Shown here: one piece after another, positions 1 to 10,731 of the stretch | Numbering within the stretch: position 1 is the stretch's first letter | Layout: every line of letters starts with the position of its first letter | From: Candidatus Arthromitus sp. SFB-mouse-Japan | Lineage (GTDB): Bacteria > Bacillota > Clostridia > Clostridiales > Clostridiaceae | Reading direction: 5' to 3' | Assembly (NCBI RefSeq): GCF_000270205.1 | Contig: NC_015913.1 | Coordinates: 90,001-122,000, forward strand | Length of the DNA: 32,000 nt | The notes under the pieces: generated by a model | Told to the model about the DNA's origin: nothing | What the model saw: the letters and a program-made list of their open reading frames with translations, nothing else | Database searches by the model: none | Made by a program: the position numbers and the translations under genes

Positions 1-2277
1 GGAGAAGTTTATGATTTATCAGAAGAAACTATAGATTTAAATAAAAACAAGAAACATACCATAGAGATTTTGGTTGATAGAATTGTAATTAAGAATTCAT
101 CAAGAGGAAGAGTTTTTGAGTCTGTTGAGAGTAGTTTGAAATTTTCTGATGGACTTGTAATTGTTGATGTTGTGGGTAGAGGAGAGATACTTTTTTCAGA
201 GAAATTTTCTTGTATTGATTGTCAAATAAGTATATCAGAGCTTGAGCCAAGAAGTTTTTCTTTCAATGCTCCTTTTGGTAAATGTGATGAATGTGATGGT
301 ATTGGTAGGAAGTTTGAGATAGATAAGAAGTTACTTGTAAATGAAGAACTTTCTATTTTAGAAGGATGTATAAATAGTATTGGAGAAAATGCCTTAAAAG
401 AGAGTAGTTGGAGTTTTAAGATATTTAAGGCTTTGAGTGAAAAGTATAATTTTTCTTTAGATGAACCGTTTAAAAATTTGAATGACGAGGTAAAAGATAT
501 AATATTAAATGGAGTGAAGGAGAAGGTATGCGTTAAGTATGGTGATGAAGGAAATACATATAATTATAAATTTGAAGGAATTATAAATATTTTAAAGAGA
601 AGATATAGGGATAGTTCATCAAATAATGTTAGACAAGATATTGAAAGATATATGTCAAATAAAGTTTGTGAGAAATGTAATGGTGCCAGGCTTAAACCTG
701 AAGTTTTAGCTGTTAGGTTTAATGGAATTAACATATATGAATTAACTTGTATGAGTATAGAAGATTCTATAAAGTTCTTAGATGGAATTGAGCTTCATGG
801 GAAAAATAAAATTATATCAGAAGCTATAATTAATGAAATTAGGAGTAGACTATCTTTTTTAAACAATGTTGGATTATCTTATTTAAATTTGGCTAGAACA
901 GCCTCCACTCTTTCAGGTGGTGAATCGCAGAGAATAAGACTTGCAACACAAATAGGATCAAGTTTAGTTGGAGTTTTATATGTTTTAGATGAGCCAAGTA
1001 TTGGTCTTCATCAAAGAGATAATGATAAGCTCATAGAGACTCTTAAAAATTTAAGAGACATTGGGAATAGTGTTGTAGTTGTCGAGCATGATGAAGATAC
1101 TATAAGAGAGGCGGACTTTATAGTAGATATAGGTAAGTTTGCAGGAGATCAGGGAGGAGATGTTGTTTATCAAGGAGATTATTGTGGAATTCTAGATTGT
1201 AAGGATTCTATAACAGGAGCTTATTTAAGAGGGGAAAAAGTTATTTTAGTTCCAGAGTGTAGGAGGAGCGGTAATGGTAAATTTATAGAAGTTTTGGGTT
1301 GTAGCGAAAATAATTTAAAAAATATTTCAGTAGATATACCACTTGGGACATTAACTTTAGTCACAGGGGTTTCTGGATCTGGAAAAAGTACTTTTGTAAA
1401 CCAGATTTTGTATAAAGGGATAAATAAAGAATTAAATAATTCTAAAGATAAGCCTGGAATATTTAAAGAGATAAAAGGTATAGAAAATATAGATAAAATA
1501 ATTGATATAGATCAGTCTCCTATTGGGAGAACTCCTAGATCAAATCCAGCTACATATATAGGAGTATTTGATTATATAAGAGAATTGTTTGCGACAACAA
1601 ATGATTCAAAGGTTCGAGGATATAAGCAGGGCAGGTTTAGTTTTAATGTTAAAGGGGGAAGATGTGAGGCTTGCCAAGGTGATGGAGTTATAAAAATAGA
1701 GATGCAGTTTTTATCTGATGTATATGTGAATTGCGAGGTGTGTAAGGGTACAAGATACAATAAGGAAACACTAGAAGTTAAATACAAGGATAAGAATATA
1801 TCTGATATTCTTAACATGACTGTACATGAGGCTATGGAATTTTTTGAATCTATACCTAAAATATATAATAAGATAAAGACATTGAATGATGTGGGATTAT
1901 CTTATATAAAACTTGGTCAAAGTTCTACTACATTATCAGGTGGAGAAGCACAGAGAGTTAAGCTTGCGAATGAGTTATCTAAAAAGAGTACTGGTAGAAC
2001 TCTTTATATATTAGATGAACCAACAACAGGTCTTCATGTATATGATGTAAGTAAGCTTGTAGAAATTTTACATATGCTGGTTAATAATGGGAATACTGTA
2101 ATTGTTATAGAACATAATTTAGATGTTATAAAGAATGCTGATCATATTATTGATTTAGGTCCTGAAGGTGGATCTTTAGGTGGAGATATTATAGCTAAGG
2201 GTACACCAGAAGAAATTTGTTTAGTAAAGAAGTCTTATACAGGTAAATATTTAAGGAAATATTTGAACATTGAATAG
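1..2277 (+). CDS. uvrA: Excinuclease ABC subunit A (5' end lies outside the window)
   Basis: Frame +1 is open from base 1 (GEVYDLSEETIDLNKNKKHTIEILVDRIVIK), so the TTG at 70 in the ORF track is internal. There are two ABC modules: signatures LSGGESQR and LSGGEAQR, Walker A GVSGSGKST, Walker B LYVLDEP and LYILDEP. CxxC zinc-finger pairs are present (CIDC..CDEC, CEAC..CEVC). Confidence 0.95.
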   Translation, partial: GEVYDLSEETIDLNKNKKHTIEILVDRIVIKNSSRGRVFESVESSLKFSDGLVIVDVVGRGEILFSEKFSCIDCQISISELEPRSFSFNAPFGKCDECDGIGRKFEIDKKLLVNEELSILEGCINSIGENALKESSWSFKIFKALSEKYNFSLDEPFKNLNDEVKDIILNGVKEKVCVKYGDEGNTYNYKFEGIINILKRRYRDSSSNNVRQDIERYMSNKVCEKCNGARLKPEVLAVRFNGINIYELTCMSIEDSIKFLDGIELHGKNKIISEAIINEIRSRLSFLNNVGLSYLNLARTASTLSGGESQRIRLATQIGSSLVGVLYVLDEPSIGLHQRDNDKLIETLKNLRDIGNSVVVVEHDEDTIREADFIVDIGKFAGDQGGDVVYQGDYCGILDCKDSITGAYLRGEKVILVPECRRSGNGKFIEVLGCSENNLKNISVDIPLGTLTLVTGVSGSGKSTFVNQILYKGINKELNNSKDKPGIFKEIKGIENIDKIIDIDQSPIGRTPRSNPATYIGVFDYIRELFATTNDSKVRGYKQGRFSFNVKGGRCEACQGDGVIKIEMQFLSDVYVNCEVCKGTRYNKETLEVKYKDKNISDILNMTVHEAMEFFESIPKIYNKIKTLNDVGLSYIKLGQSSTTLSGGEAQRVKLANELSKKSTGRTLYILDEPTTGLHVYDVSKLVEILHMLVNNGNTVIVIEHNLDVIKNADHIIDLGPEGGSLGGDIIAKGTPEEICLVKKSYTGKYLRKYLNIE

Positions 2278-2453
2278 GATTTTATATATGAATTTTTGGG
2301 AATTAATTTCAAAAGGTATATCTATATGTGGAGTGTTTTTGATTTTTTATATAGTTTTGACGCTCATAAAAAATTATATATTTAATGATTTTTGATTTGG
2401 AGAATTTTTGATATTAGGATTTTTTATAAAAATTTGGATTATGGGGAGTGAAG

Positions 2454-3662
2454 ATGGTAGAAAACGTAAATGAAAAGAAACTATACTTTGTACTTAACCT
2501 GATCTTATCTATTATAGTATTTTTAAATTTACTTGTAGGTAAAAGGAGCATAGATTTTTATCTATGCTTTATATCAATATCGTACATATTAATCATATCT
2601 ATTGTATCCTTATTGCAATTTTTAGTATTTAAAGTGGATAGTTCTTTAAACTTAATTGTGAATTTATTTGTCCTGCTTGGGCTCACTATTATATATAGAA
2701 TAAATCCAGCTATGGCCTTTAAACAGTGTATATTATTTTTGTTTGGATATATATTCTACTTGCTTATTATGTTTTTCGGGAGAAATATACATGAGTTTGT
2801 TAGATTTAAATGGATATACTTTTTTTTATCTCTTGTACTCATGAGTTTATCCTTTTTATTTGGGGAATACATAAATGGATCTAAAAATTGGATTTCTTTT
2901 TTTGGTATAACATTTCAGCCTTCTGAATTTGGTAAAATTTTTGTAATTTTATATCTTTCATCTATACTTAGAAATAACAGGGATAAGATAGATAAATATA
3001 TGGCTATATTTTTGATATTATTTAGTTTGATATTTTTAATACTTCAAAAGGATTTGGGTACAGCTATTATTATAATTTTTTTAAGCATGCTTATGTATTA
3101 TATAAGAACCTCTAAATATAAGTTTTTATTAATTATAATTATAGCTACTTTAATACTTGGAGTACTTGCGTATATTAATTTTCCTCATGTAAGGGTTCGC
3201 ATTCATGCTTGGCTAAATCCTGAAAGTGATCCTAATTTTACGACATATCAGGTTTTACAAGGATTTTTTGCTATGGGATCTGGAGGTTTTTTAGGAAGGG
3301 GATTATATCGAGGTAATTTAGAGCTTATACCTGTCAATTATACTGATTATATATTTGTTTCTATTGTAGAGGAGCTTGGTATATTTACAGGTATACTTAT
3401 AACTTTGTTGTATTTTTTATTTTTTATTAAGGTTATGAAAAATAGTATGAAAATGAAAGCTAAGGATGAGAGTAAGCTTCTTATGGTTGGGTTTAATATA
3501 ATAATTGCACTTCAGACTACAATTATTTTGGGAGGAGTGTTGAATCTAATACCTTTAACTGGAATAACACTACCTTTTATAAGTTATGGAGGGAGCTCAA
3601 TTATAAGCATGTTTATTATGTTTGGTATTATGCAAAAATTATTAGAAGGTGATTTTTTATGA
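2454..3662 (+). CDS. SEDS-family peptidoglycan glycosyltransferase (FtsW/RodA/SpoVE family)
   Basis: Polytopic membrane protein with the family's C-terminal motif LPLTGITLPFISYGGSS. The ATG at 2454 lies 5 nt after GGGGAG and is preferred over the GTG at 2448. Its stop overlaps the start of the downstream PBP gene (ATGA). Confidence 0.85.
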   Translation: MVENVNEKKLYFVLNLILSIIVFLNLLVGKRSIDFYLCFISISYILIISIVSLLQFLVFKVDSSLNLIVNLFVLLGLTIIYRINPAMAFKQCILFLFGYIFYLLIMFFGRNIHEFVRFKWIYFFLSLVLMSLSFLFGEYINGSKNWISFFGITFQPSEFGKIFVILYLSSILRNNRDKIDKYMAIFLILFSLIFLILQKDLGTAIIIIFLSMLMYYIRTSKYKFLLIIIIATLILGVLAYINFPHVRVRIHAWLNPESDPNFTTYQVLQGFFAMGSGGFLGRGLYRGNLELIPVNYTDYIFVSIVEELGIFTGILITLLYFLFFIKVMKNSMKMKAKDESKLLMVGFNIIIALQTTIILGGVLNLIPLTGITLPFISYGGSSIISMFIMFGIMQKLLEGDFL

Positions 3663-5065
3663 ATAAGAACTTGAAAATAATATCATTTATGTTTTCGTTT
3701 TTATTCCTAGTTATTATATCTTCTTTAATATATTTTTTGGTATTTAGATCTACATATTATTCGAATCATAGTTTAAATAAAAGAATATCACAAGAAAGAT
3801 CTAAGTTTATCAGAGGGAAAATTTTAGATAGAGATGGAAATGTGGTAGCGTACACAACTGAAGATGGACAAAAAAGGATTTATCCTTATGGTGAGGCTTT
3901 AGTACATCCAATAGGTTATGCAGATATTAAATATGGGATGTCTGGAATTGAAAATGATATGGATGAGTATTTGAGGGAACCAAGAGGATTTATAAGCAGT
4001 ATCAAATCTTTTTTTGGTTATGAGGATGTACATGGTAGTGATGTTAAATTAACTATAGATAGTGAACTTCAGAGTTACGCATATGAATCTTTAGGAAATA
4101 ATAAGGGAGCTATTGTTGTTATGAATCCTAAAACTGGGGAGATTTATGCTCTTGTGAGTAAACCATCGTTTGATCCAAATAATTTAAATGAGATTTGGGA
4201 TAGTTTGATAATGGAAGGGACTGCTCCTTTGTATAATAGAGCGATAAACGGTAAGTATCCACCAGGATCTACCTTTAAGGTTATAACATCAGCTTCATCT
4301 ATAGAAAATATTGATGGTGCACTTAATAGAAAATTTAAGGATGATGGTTTTATTGATTTTAATGGAGTAGATAAATTATATAATCAAAACAGGATAGCCT
4401 TTGGAGAGATGAGTTTGAAGGATGCCTTTATAAGATCTAGTAATGTTGTATTTGGAAATTTAGCGTTAGAACTTGGAAATAGTGAACTTAAAAAGTATGC
4501 TGAAAGATTCTATTTTAATAGGGATTTGGATTTGAAAGGGTTAAATGTTTCTAATAGTTATTTTCCGGAATTAAATGATCATGAGACTGGACTTATTGCA
4601 CAAACTGGAATTGGTCAGGGGTCTATATTAGTTACTCCGATTAATCTTGCTTTAATATCGAGTGCGATTGCAAATAATGGTATTATGATGAGGCCTTACA
4701 TAGTAGATGAAGTATTAAATTCATATGGAGATATTATAAACAAGTGTTCAAAGTTTATATTATCTAAGCCTATAAAATGTAAGACTGCATCTATTATATC
4801 TTCATATATGAGGGGCGTTGTTGAGAATAATTTATCTCATATAAGTGAATTTTCATCTATTAAGGCAGTTGGAAAAACGGGAACTGCAGATTATAAAAAT
4901 GGAGATGAAGATGGTGTTCCTCATTCTTTATTTATAGGTTTTGCCCCATATGATAATCCTAAAGTTTCTATATCAGTAGTAGTTGAAGGTGGAGGAGAAG
5001 GTAGAGGAATTGCATCTGAGATTTCTTCTAATGTTATGAAAAAAGCGATTGAATTGATTGAGTAA
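3659..5065 (+). CDS. Class-B penicillin-binding protein (transpeptidase), short PbpA/PBP2-like form
   Basis: N-terminal membrane anchor followed by transpeptidase motifs STFK (SxxK), SSN (SxN) and KTGT. Translationally coupled to the upstream SEDS gene. Confidence 0.9.
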   Translation: MNKNLKIISFMFSFLFLVIISSLIYFLVFRSTYYSNHSLNKRISQERSKFIRGKILDRDGNVVAYTTEDGQKRIYPYGEALVHPIGYADIKYGMSGIENDMDEYLREPRGFISSIKSFFGYEDVHGSDVKLTIDSELQSYAYESLGNNKGAIVVMNPKTGEIYALVSKPSFDPNNLNEIWDSLIMEGTAPLYNRAINGKYPPGSTFKVITSASSIENIDGALNRKFKDDGFIDFNGVDKLYNQNRIAFGEMSLKDAFIRSSNVVFGNLALELGNSELKKYAERFYFNRDLDLKGLNVSNSYFPELNDHETGLIAQTGIGQGSILVTPINLALISSAIANNGIMMRPYIVDEVLNSYGDIINKCSKFILSKPIKCKTASIISSYMRGVVENNLSHISEFSSIKAVGKTGTADYKNGDEDGVPHSLFIGFAPYDNPKVSISVVVEGGGEGRGIASEISSNVMKKAIELIE

Positions 5066-5090
5066 TATGTGAGTTTTAGGTGGTGTTTAT

Positions 5091-6956
5091 GTGTTTGATA
5101 TAAAGTATAATATTAGTATTTTGCCAGAATCTCCTGGGGTTTATATAATGAAAGATAGCAATACGAATGTTATATACATTGGTAAGGCTAAGAATTTAAA
5201 AAAAAGAGTTTCGCAATATTTTAGAAAAACTCAGAATCATTCAGAAAAAACTAGATCTCTTGTAAAAAATATATTAGAGTTTGAATACATAGTAACCGAA
5301 AATGAGATAGAAGCATTGATATTAGAGGATAGTTTGATAAAGAAGTATCAGCCTAAGTATAATATTTTACTTAAAGATGATAAGACATATCCATTTATAA
5401 AGATAACAACAAATGAGGATTTTCCAAGGATATTTTCTACGAAGAATTATATAAAAGATGGAAATTTATATTTTGGTCCTTTTACTTCTATGAATTCTGT
5501 TAATGAGATAATATCACTTGTTAAGAGTTATTTTTTAATAAGAAATTGTAAAATACATATAAAAGATGGAGTCATATCATGTAGACCATGTATTTATTAT
5601 CAAACTAAGAGATGCAAAGCACCTTGTTATGGACTTATATCAAAAATTGAATATAATGAAATGATAAAAGAAATTATTGATATATTAAGTGGTAAAAGTA
5701 AAGACTCTATTTTAAATTTATTGAAGAATCAAATGCTTAGACACTCTGAAAATTTGGAGTATGAGCAGGCTATGAGTATAAGAGATAAAATAGAGGGTAT
5801 AAAACTAATTTTTGAGAAGCAAAGCATTTTTTCTGGGAGAGAGAACTCTGAAGATTATATAAATATTTTTAGATATGATAATGAAGCGTGTGTACAGATA
5901 TTTTTTCTAAGGAATGGAAGAGTAGTTGGAAGAGAGCATTTTATATTTGAAAATATTATGGGTGATAATGATGAACATATAATTGAACAGTTTATTAAGA
6001 GTTATTATGGAGGCACCACTCAAATTCCCAATTATATATATTCACCAGAGTTTTTAGATAAAGATAATATAGAGAAATGGATTAATATAAAATCTAAAAG
6101 GAAAGTTTATTTTAAATCTCCAAAGAGTGGTGAAAAAAAAGAGTTATTTGATTTAGTAAGGAAAAATGCAAGAATTATGCTCGATAAATTTAAGAATAAT
6201 AAGTATTTATGTTCAGTTGAGAGAAAGAGTGAGTATTTGGATGAACTTAAAGATGTTTTAGGTTTAGAATTTAAGATAGATAGAATTGAAGCTTATGATA
6301 TTTCCAATATAAGCGGATTTGATTCAGTTGGTAGCATGGTTGTATTTAATAATGGAATACCTAATAAAACTCAGTATAGAAGGTTTAAAATAAAAAATGT
6401 ACAAGGTTCTGATGATTATAAAAGTATGAAAGAAATATTGAATAGGAGATTTGAGCATGCCTTGAAAGAAATTAAATGTATACAGGAAGGTGAATTAGAG
6501 CATACTTATGGGAAATTTTGTATATTTCCAGATTTGATATTAGTAGATGGTGGACGTGGACATATTAGTTCGGTAGAAGAGGTTCTTGAAAAGTTTAATA
6601 TAAATTTACCTGTTTGTGGAATGGTTAAGGATGATAGGCATAGAACTAGGGGACTTGTATATAAAAATCAAGAGTTGAATATTTCAAGTACATTGATTAA
6701 ATTTATTACAAGAGTGCAAGATGAAGTTCATAGATATGCTATAACTTATCATAGGAGTTTAAGAGATAGGAGAAGTTTGGGTTCTATACTAGATGAAATA
6801 CCTAATATTGGGAGTAAAAGGAGGAGAGAACTTTTGATGTATTTTAATAGTGTTGATGCTATTAAAAAGGCATCAATAGATGAGCTTTTAAAGGTCCCAA
6901 GCATGAATAAATCAGCAAGTGAATCGATATTAGAGTTTTTTAATAAGAGTAGATAG
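5091..6956 (+). CDS. uvrC: Excinuclease ABC subunit C
   Basis: GIY-YIG N-terminus (PGVYIMKD..IYIGKAKNLKKRVSQY), a UVR-domain region (EYEQAMSIRDKI) and a C-terminal HhH-like region. GTG start follows AGGTGG. Confidence 0.95.
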   Translation: MFDIKYNISILPESPGVYIMKDSNTNVIYIGKAKNLKKRVSQYFRKTQNHSEKTRSLVKNILEFEYIVTENEIEALILEDSLIKKYQPKYNILLKDDKTYPFIKITTNEDFPRIFSTKNYIKDGNLYFGPFTSMNSVNEIISLVKSYFLIRNCKIHIKDGVISCRPCIYYQTKRCKAPCYGLISKIEYNEMIKEIIDILSGKSKDSILNLLKNQMLRHSENLEYEQAMSIRDKIEGIKLIFEKQSIFSGRENSEDYINIFRYDNEACVQIFFLRNGRVVGREHFIFENIMGDNDEHIIEQFIKSYYGGTTQIPNYIYSPEFLDKDNIEKWINIKSKRKVYFKSPKSGEKKELFDLVRKNARIMLDKFKNNKYLCSVERKSEYLDELKDVLGLEFKIDRIEAYDISNISGFDSVGSMVVFNNGIPNKTQYRRFKIKNVQGSDDYKSMKEILNRRFEHALKEIKCIQEGELEHTYGKFCIFPDLILVDGGRGHISSVEEVLEKFNINLPVCGMVKDDRHRTRGLVYKNQELNISSTLIKFITRVQDEVHRYAITYHRSLRDRRSLGSILDEIPNIGSKRRRELLMYFNSVDAIKKASIDELLKVPSMNKSASESILEFFNKSR

Positions 6957-6981
6957 ACTTAATTATAAGGGGAAAATTTGT

Positions 6982-7902
6982 ATGTATAGTGATTATAAGA
7001 TTTTATTAGAACGGTTAAAATTTATTTTATCCTCTGAAAAAATAAGGATGGATGAGTTGATGAAAAAACATACAACTTTTAAATTAGGTGGAATTTGCGA
7101 TATTATGATTTTTCCATCAACTGAAGAAGAACTTATAGAATCTATAAAATGTATTATAAAGAATAAAGTTCCTTACTTTATTCTAGGGTGTGGATCTAAT
7201 ATTTTAGTTAAGGATAAGGGTATTAGGGGAGTTGTGGTAAATCTAACTAAATTTAATAAAATAGTTGTCGAGAATAATATAATAAGAGCTCAATCTGGGT
7301 CAAGTTTATCAGATATAGCTACGATTGCAAAAGACAACTCACTATCTGGATTTGCTTTTGCCTGTGGAATACCTGGAACTATTGGAGGCGCTGTAAATAT
7401 GAATGCGGGAGCATATGGTGGAGAAATGAGTAATATTGTACTTGGAGTTAGGGTTATTGATTTAAATGGAGAAGTATTTTATATATCTAGGGAAAATATG
7501 GAGTTCGGATATAGAACAACTACAATAATGAAAAATAAGTATTTAGTTATAAGTTGTGATATATCTTTAAAAAGGGGTAGAAAAGAAGAAATTTACGATG
7601 AAATGAAGGAATTAATGTACAAAAGAAAATTGAAACAACCTATTGAGTATCCTTCAGCAGGAAGCATTTTTAAACGTCCTGAAGGTTATTTTGCAGGAAA
7701 GCTTATAGATGATTGTGGTCTTAGAGGTTATATACACAAAAATGTAATGGTATCTGAGAAACATTGTGGATTTATTGTCACAAGAAATGAAAATGCCACA
7801 ACTAGTGAAGTTTTAGAATTAATAAATATAGTAAAAGACAAGGTATACAATAAATTTAATGTTATATTAGAGATGGAAGTAAAGGTTGTTGGAGAGGATT
7901 AG
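6982..7902 (+). CDS. murB: UDP-N-acetylenolpyruvoylglucosamine reductase
   Basis: 306 aa with an FAD-binding MurB signature (TFKLGG, GCGSNILV, GIPGTIGGAVNMNAGAYG) and the C-terminal SAGSIFKRP motif. Confidence 0.93.
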   Translation: MYSDYKILLERLKFILSSEKIRMDELMKKHTTFKLGGICDIMIFPSTEEELIESIKCIIKNKVPYFILGCGSNILVKDKGIRGVVVNLTKFNKIVVENNIIRAQSGSSLSDIATIAKDNSLSGFAFACGIPGTIGGAVNMNAGAYGGEMSNIVLGVRVIDLNGEVFYISRENMEFGYRTTTIMKNKYLVISCDISLKRGRKEEIYDEMKELMYKRKLKQPIEYPSAGSIFKRPEGYFAGKLIDDCGLRGYIHKNVMVSEKHCGFIVTRNENATTSEVLELINIVKDKVYNKFNVILEMEVKVVGED

Positions 7903-7903
7903 G

Positions 7904-8770
7904 ATGGAAATTATTATAGTTACAGGGCTTTCAGGAGCGGGGAAGACTCAAGTAATTAGAGAACTTGAAGATTTAAATTATTTTTGTGTTGATAATATGC
8001 CACCACAATTTGCACAAAAATTTGGTGAATTATGTAAACAGACGAATGGTAATGTTTCTAAACTTGTTTTTGTTATAGATATACGGGGCAGGGAATTTTT
8101 TGATTATATAGATAGTGTTTTAGAATGGTTTGAAAATAATTCTATAATTTATAAGATATTGTTTTTAGATTGTTCTGATGAAATTTTAATTAGAAGGTTT
8201 AAGGAAACTAGAAGGTTACATCCATTATCTTATGATGGTAAGATTTTAAGTGGAATATTGAAAGAGAGGAAAAAATTAGAATTTCTTAGGAAAAAGTCTA
8301 ATTTAATTATAGATACTTCGGACTTAAAAGTACAGGAATTGAAAAAGAGAGTAAGAGATTTTATATGTGGAGAGTATATAGAGAATGATTTTATAGTACA
8401 AATAGTTTCTTTTGGATATAAATATGGAATACCTTTAGAATGCGATTTAACATTTGATGTTAGGTTTATAGAAAATCCATTTTATGTAGCAAATCTAAAA
8501 AAGTTAACAGGAATTGATAAGGAAGTTAGGGATTTTGTATTAAAAAATTACGTGTGTAAGGAATTTTTGATAAAGTTAGAAGATATTATAAAATTTTTAT
8601 TACCAAATTATAGAAAAGAAGGCAAAAAACACTTAACAATTGGGATTGGATGTACAGGAGGACAACATAGATCTGTTGCTATATCAGAAGAATTATATAA
8701 TATTTTGTATAATTATAAAAATTATAAGGTTATTGTAGAGCATAGAGATGTTAGTAAAAATATTAATTAA
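7904..8770 (+). CDS. rapZ: RNase adapter / nucleotide-binding protein RapZ (YvcJ)
   Basis: P-loop GLSGAGKT at the N-terminus and C-terminal GCTGGQHRSV. The ATG at 7904 follows GGAGAGGA and lies just after the murB stop. The TTG at 7886 in the ORF track would overlap murB. Confidence 0.9.
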   Translation: MEIIIVTGLSGAGKTQVIRELEDLNYFCVDNMPPQFAQKFGELCKQTNGNVSKLVFVIDIRGREFFDYIDSVLEWFENNSIIYKILFLDCSDEILIRRFKETRRLHPLSYDGKILSGILKERKKLEFLRKKSNLIIDTSDLKVQELKKRVRDFICGEYIENDFIVQIVSFGYKYGIPLECDLTFDVRFIENPFYVANLKKLTGIDKEVRDFVLKNYVCKEFLIKLEDIIKFLLPNYRKEGKKHLTIGIGCTGGQHRSVAISEELYNILYNYKNYKVIVEHRDVSKNIN

Positions 8771-8795
8771 AACATAAAATTGGGAGATTTATAAG

Positions 8796-9785
8796 GTGGA
8801 GTTATTTAATAAATTTTGCAATAATCCTAAAGTTGTGGTTATAGGAGGTGGGACAGGCATTCCGACAATTCTTAGGGGAATTAAAAAGTTTACCAATTGC
8901 ATTACATCAGTAGTTACTGTCGCTGATGATGGTGGAGGATCTGGGATTTTAAGAGATGAGTTAGGGATATTACCACCTGGGGATATAAGAAATTGTTTGA
9001 TAGCACTTGCAAATACAGAACCTATAATGGAAGAACTTTTGAAATATAGGTTTAGTGATGGTAATCTAAAAAATCAAAGTTTTGGGAATCTATTTATAGC
9101 AGCTATGATAGGAATTACTAATAATTTTGAGAGTGCAATAAAGGCTATAAGTGATGTTTTAGCTATAACAGGTAAGGTATTACCTGTTACTAATGAGAAT
9201 ATAGTTCTTGAAGCTAAACTACATAATGGAATTATTGTTAGAGGTGAATCTAAAATTCCTGAAGAGGTAATAAAATATAATAGCAATATTAAGGAAATAT
9301 CAATAATACCTAGTGATGCAAAACCTATAAATGATTGCATTAATGAAATATTAAATGCTGATGCTATTGTTTTTGGACCAGGAAGTTTATATACAAGTAT
9401 ATTGCCTAATTTAAAGATAAAAGGAATTTGTGATTCTATAAACAAAAATAATGGAAAGCATATTTATGTGGCTAATATTATGACTCAATATGGTGAAACT
9501 CAGGGTTATACTCTATATGATCATGTTAAAAGCATATTTTATAATACGGATATTTTAAAACTAGATTATATTATTGTAAATGATGGCAAATTATCTAGAG
9601 AATATGAGAAAAGATATAAGATTAAAAATTCTGAGCTTGTATATTGTGATTATGAGAAATTTGAGAATATGAACGTAAAAATAGTTAAGGATAATTTGAT
9701 AAAAATAGAAAATGGTTTTATAAGACATGATGAAGATAAAGTATCTAAAATTATAATGAATATTATTAATCATGATTTCAAATAA
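8796..9785 (+). CDS. YvcK-like gluconeogenesis factor (CofD/UPF0052 family)
   Basis: N-terminal VIGGGTGIPTILRGIK and a GPGSLYTSILPNL motif. Sits in the conserved rapZ-yvcK-whiA gene order. GTG start after GGGAG. Confidence 0.85.
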   Translation: MELFNKFCNNPKVVVIGGGTGIPTILRGIKKFTNCITSVVTVADDGGGSGILRDELGILPPGDIRNCLIALANTEPIMEELLKYRFSDGNLKNQSFGNLFIAAMIGITNNFESAIKAISDVLAITGKVLPVTNENIVLEAKLHNGIIVRGESKIPEEVIKYNSNIKEISIIPSDAKPINDCINEILNADAIVFGPGSLYTSILPNLKIKGICDSINKNNGKHIYVANIMTQYGETQGYTLYDHVKSIFYNTDILKLDYIIVNDGKLSREYEKRYKIKNSELVYCDYEKFENMNVKIVKDNLIKIENGFIRHDEDKVSKIIMNIINHDFK

Positions 9786-9800
9786 GTAACAGGTGGTATA

Positions 9801-10703
9801 ATGACTTTTTCATATTTTGTTAAAACTGAGATACTTGAGAACTGTTTTAGATCATACAAACAAGCAGTTAGTGAATTAATGGGTGTGGTTTATGGTACAA
9901 GGTATACTATAAATAATAACGAGATTACTGTAAGAATAGATAATCATCTTTTAGTTAATTACTTGGATAATATGCTTAATATTATTAATGGATTTGGTTA
10001 TAGTGTAAATGAAGATAATGTAAAGTCAAATACATATATATTTAAGAGTTATTATATGTATAAGTTGTTATTGTATGTTGATAATGGAGAATTTAAACAT
10101 AATATTAATTTAATTATTGAAAATAAAATAATTGATAGAGCTTACCTTATTAGAGGATTATTTTTGATATGTGGGAGCATTATTAATCCAAATAATAGTT
10201 ATCATTTAGAATTTTGTTTGTATAATTATGATTTATCATATTTCTTAGATTTAGTGCTAAATTTTTTTTGTATTAAGAGTAAGATGATAAAAAGAAAAGA
10301 TAGGTTTATTATATATGTAAAGGAAGCAGAAAGTATATCGCAGTTTTTAAAGGTAATAGGGGTGCATAGATCTGTACTAGAATTTGAAAATATTAGAGTA
10401 TTGAAAGAGTATACTAATAATAAGAATAGACTTAAGAATTGTATTCAAGCTAATGAGGATAAATCTATAATAGCATCTGTAAAACAAGTTAGAGCTATTA
10501 TGTATATTGATAAATATATTGGTTTAGATAAGTTATCTAGTAAGCTTAAAGAAATTGCTATGGTAAGATTAAAATATAAGGAGGCACCACTTGGTGAACT
10601 TGGCAAATATTTAAATCCACCTATTGGCAAATCTGGGGTACTTCATAGATTAAAAAAGATAGAGAAAATTGCTAGTGAGTTAGAAGATAAATATGGCGTT
10701 TAA
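9801..10703 (+). CDS. whiA: Sporulation/cell-division transcription regulator WhiA
   Basis: 300 aa with a LAGLIDADG-like middle domain (RAYLIRGLFLICGSI) and a C-terminal HTH (LGELGKYLNPPIGKSGVLHRLKKI). Conserved position after yvcK. Confidence 0.9.
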   Translation: MTFSYFVKTEILENCFRSYKQAVSELMGVVYGTRYTINNNEITVRIDNHLLVNYLDNMLNIINGFGYSVNEDNVKSNTYIFKSYYMYKLLLYVDNGEFKHNINLIIENKIIDRAYLIRGLFLICGSIINPNNSYHLEFCLYNYDLSYFLDLVLNFFCIKSKMIKRKDRFIIYVKEAESISQFLKVIGVHRSVLEFENIRVLKEYTNNKNRLKNCIQANEDKSIIASVKQVRAIMYIDKYIGLDKLSSKLKEIAMVRLKYKEAPLGELGKYLNPPIGKSGVLHRLKKIEKIASELEDKYGV

Positions 10704-10731
10704 ATTTTAACTATTAGTTTGATTTTGGGGT

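Noticed and set aside
2278-2447. Recurrent TTTTTGAT motifs and a TTGACG box in the uvrA-SEDS intergenic region
   Set aside because: No convincing -10 element at proper spacing and no secondary structure. This is ordinary AT-rich intergenic sequence.
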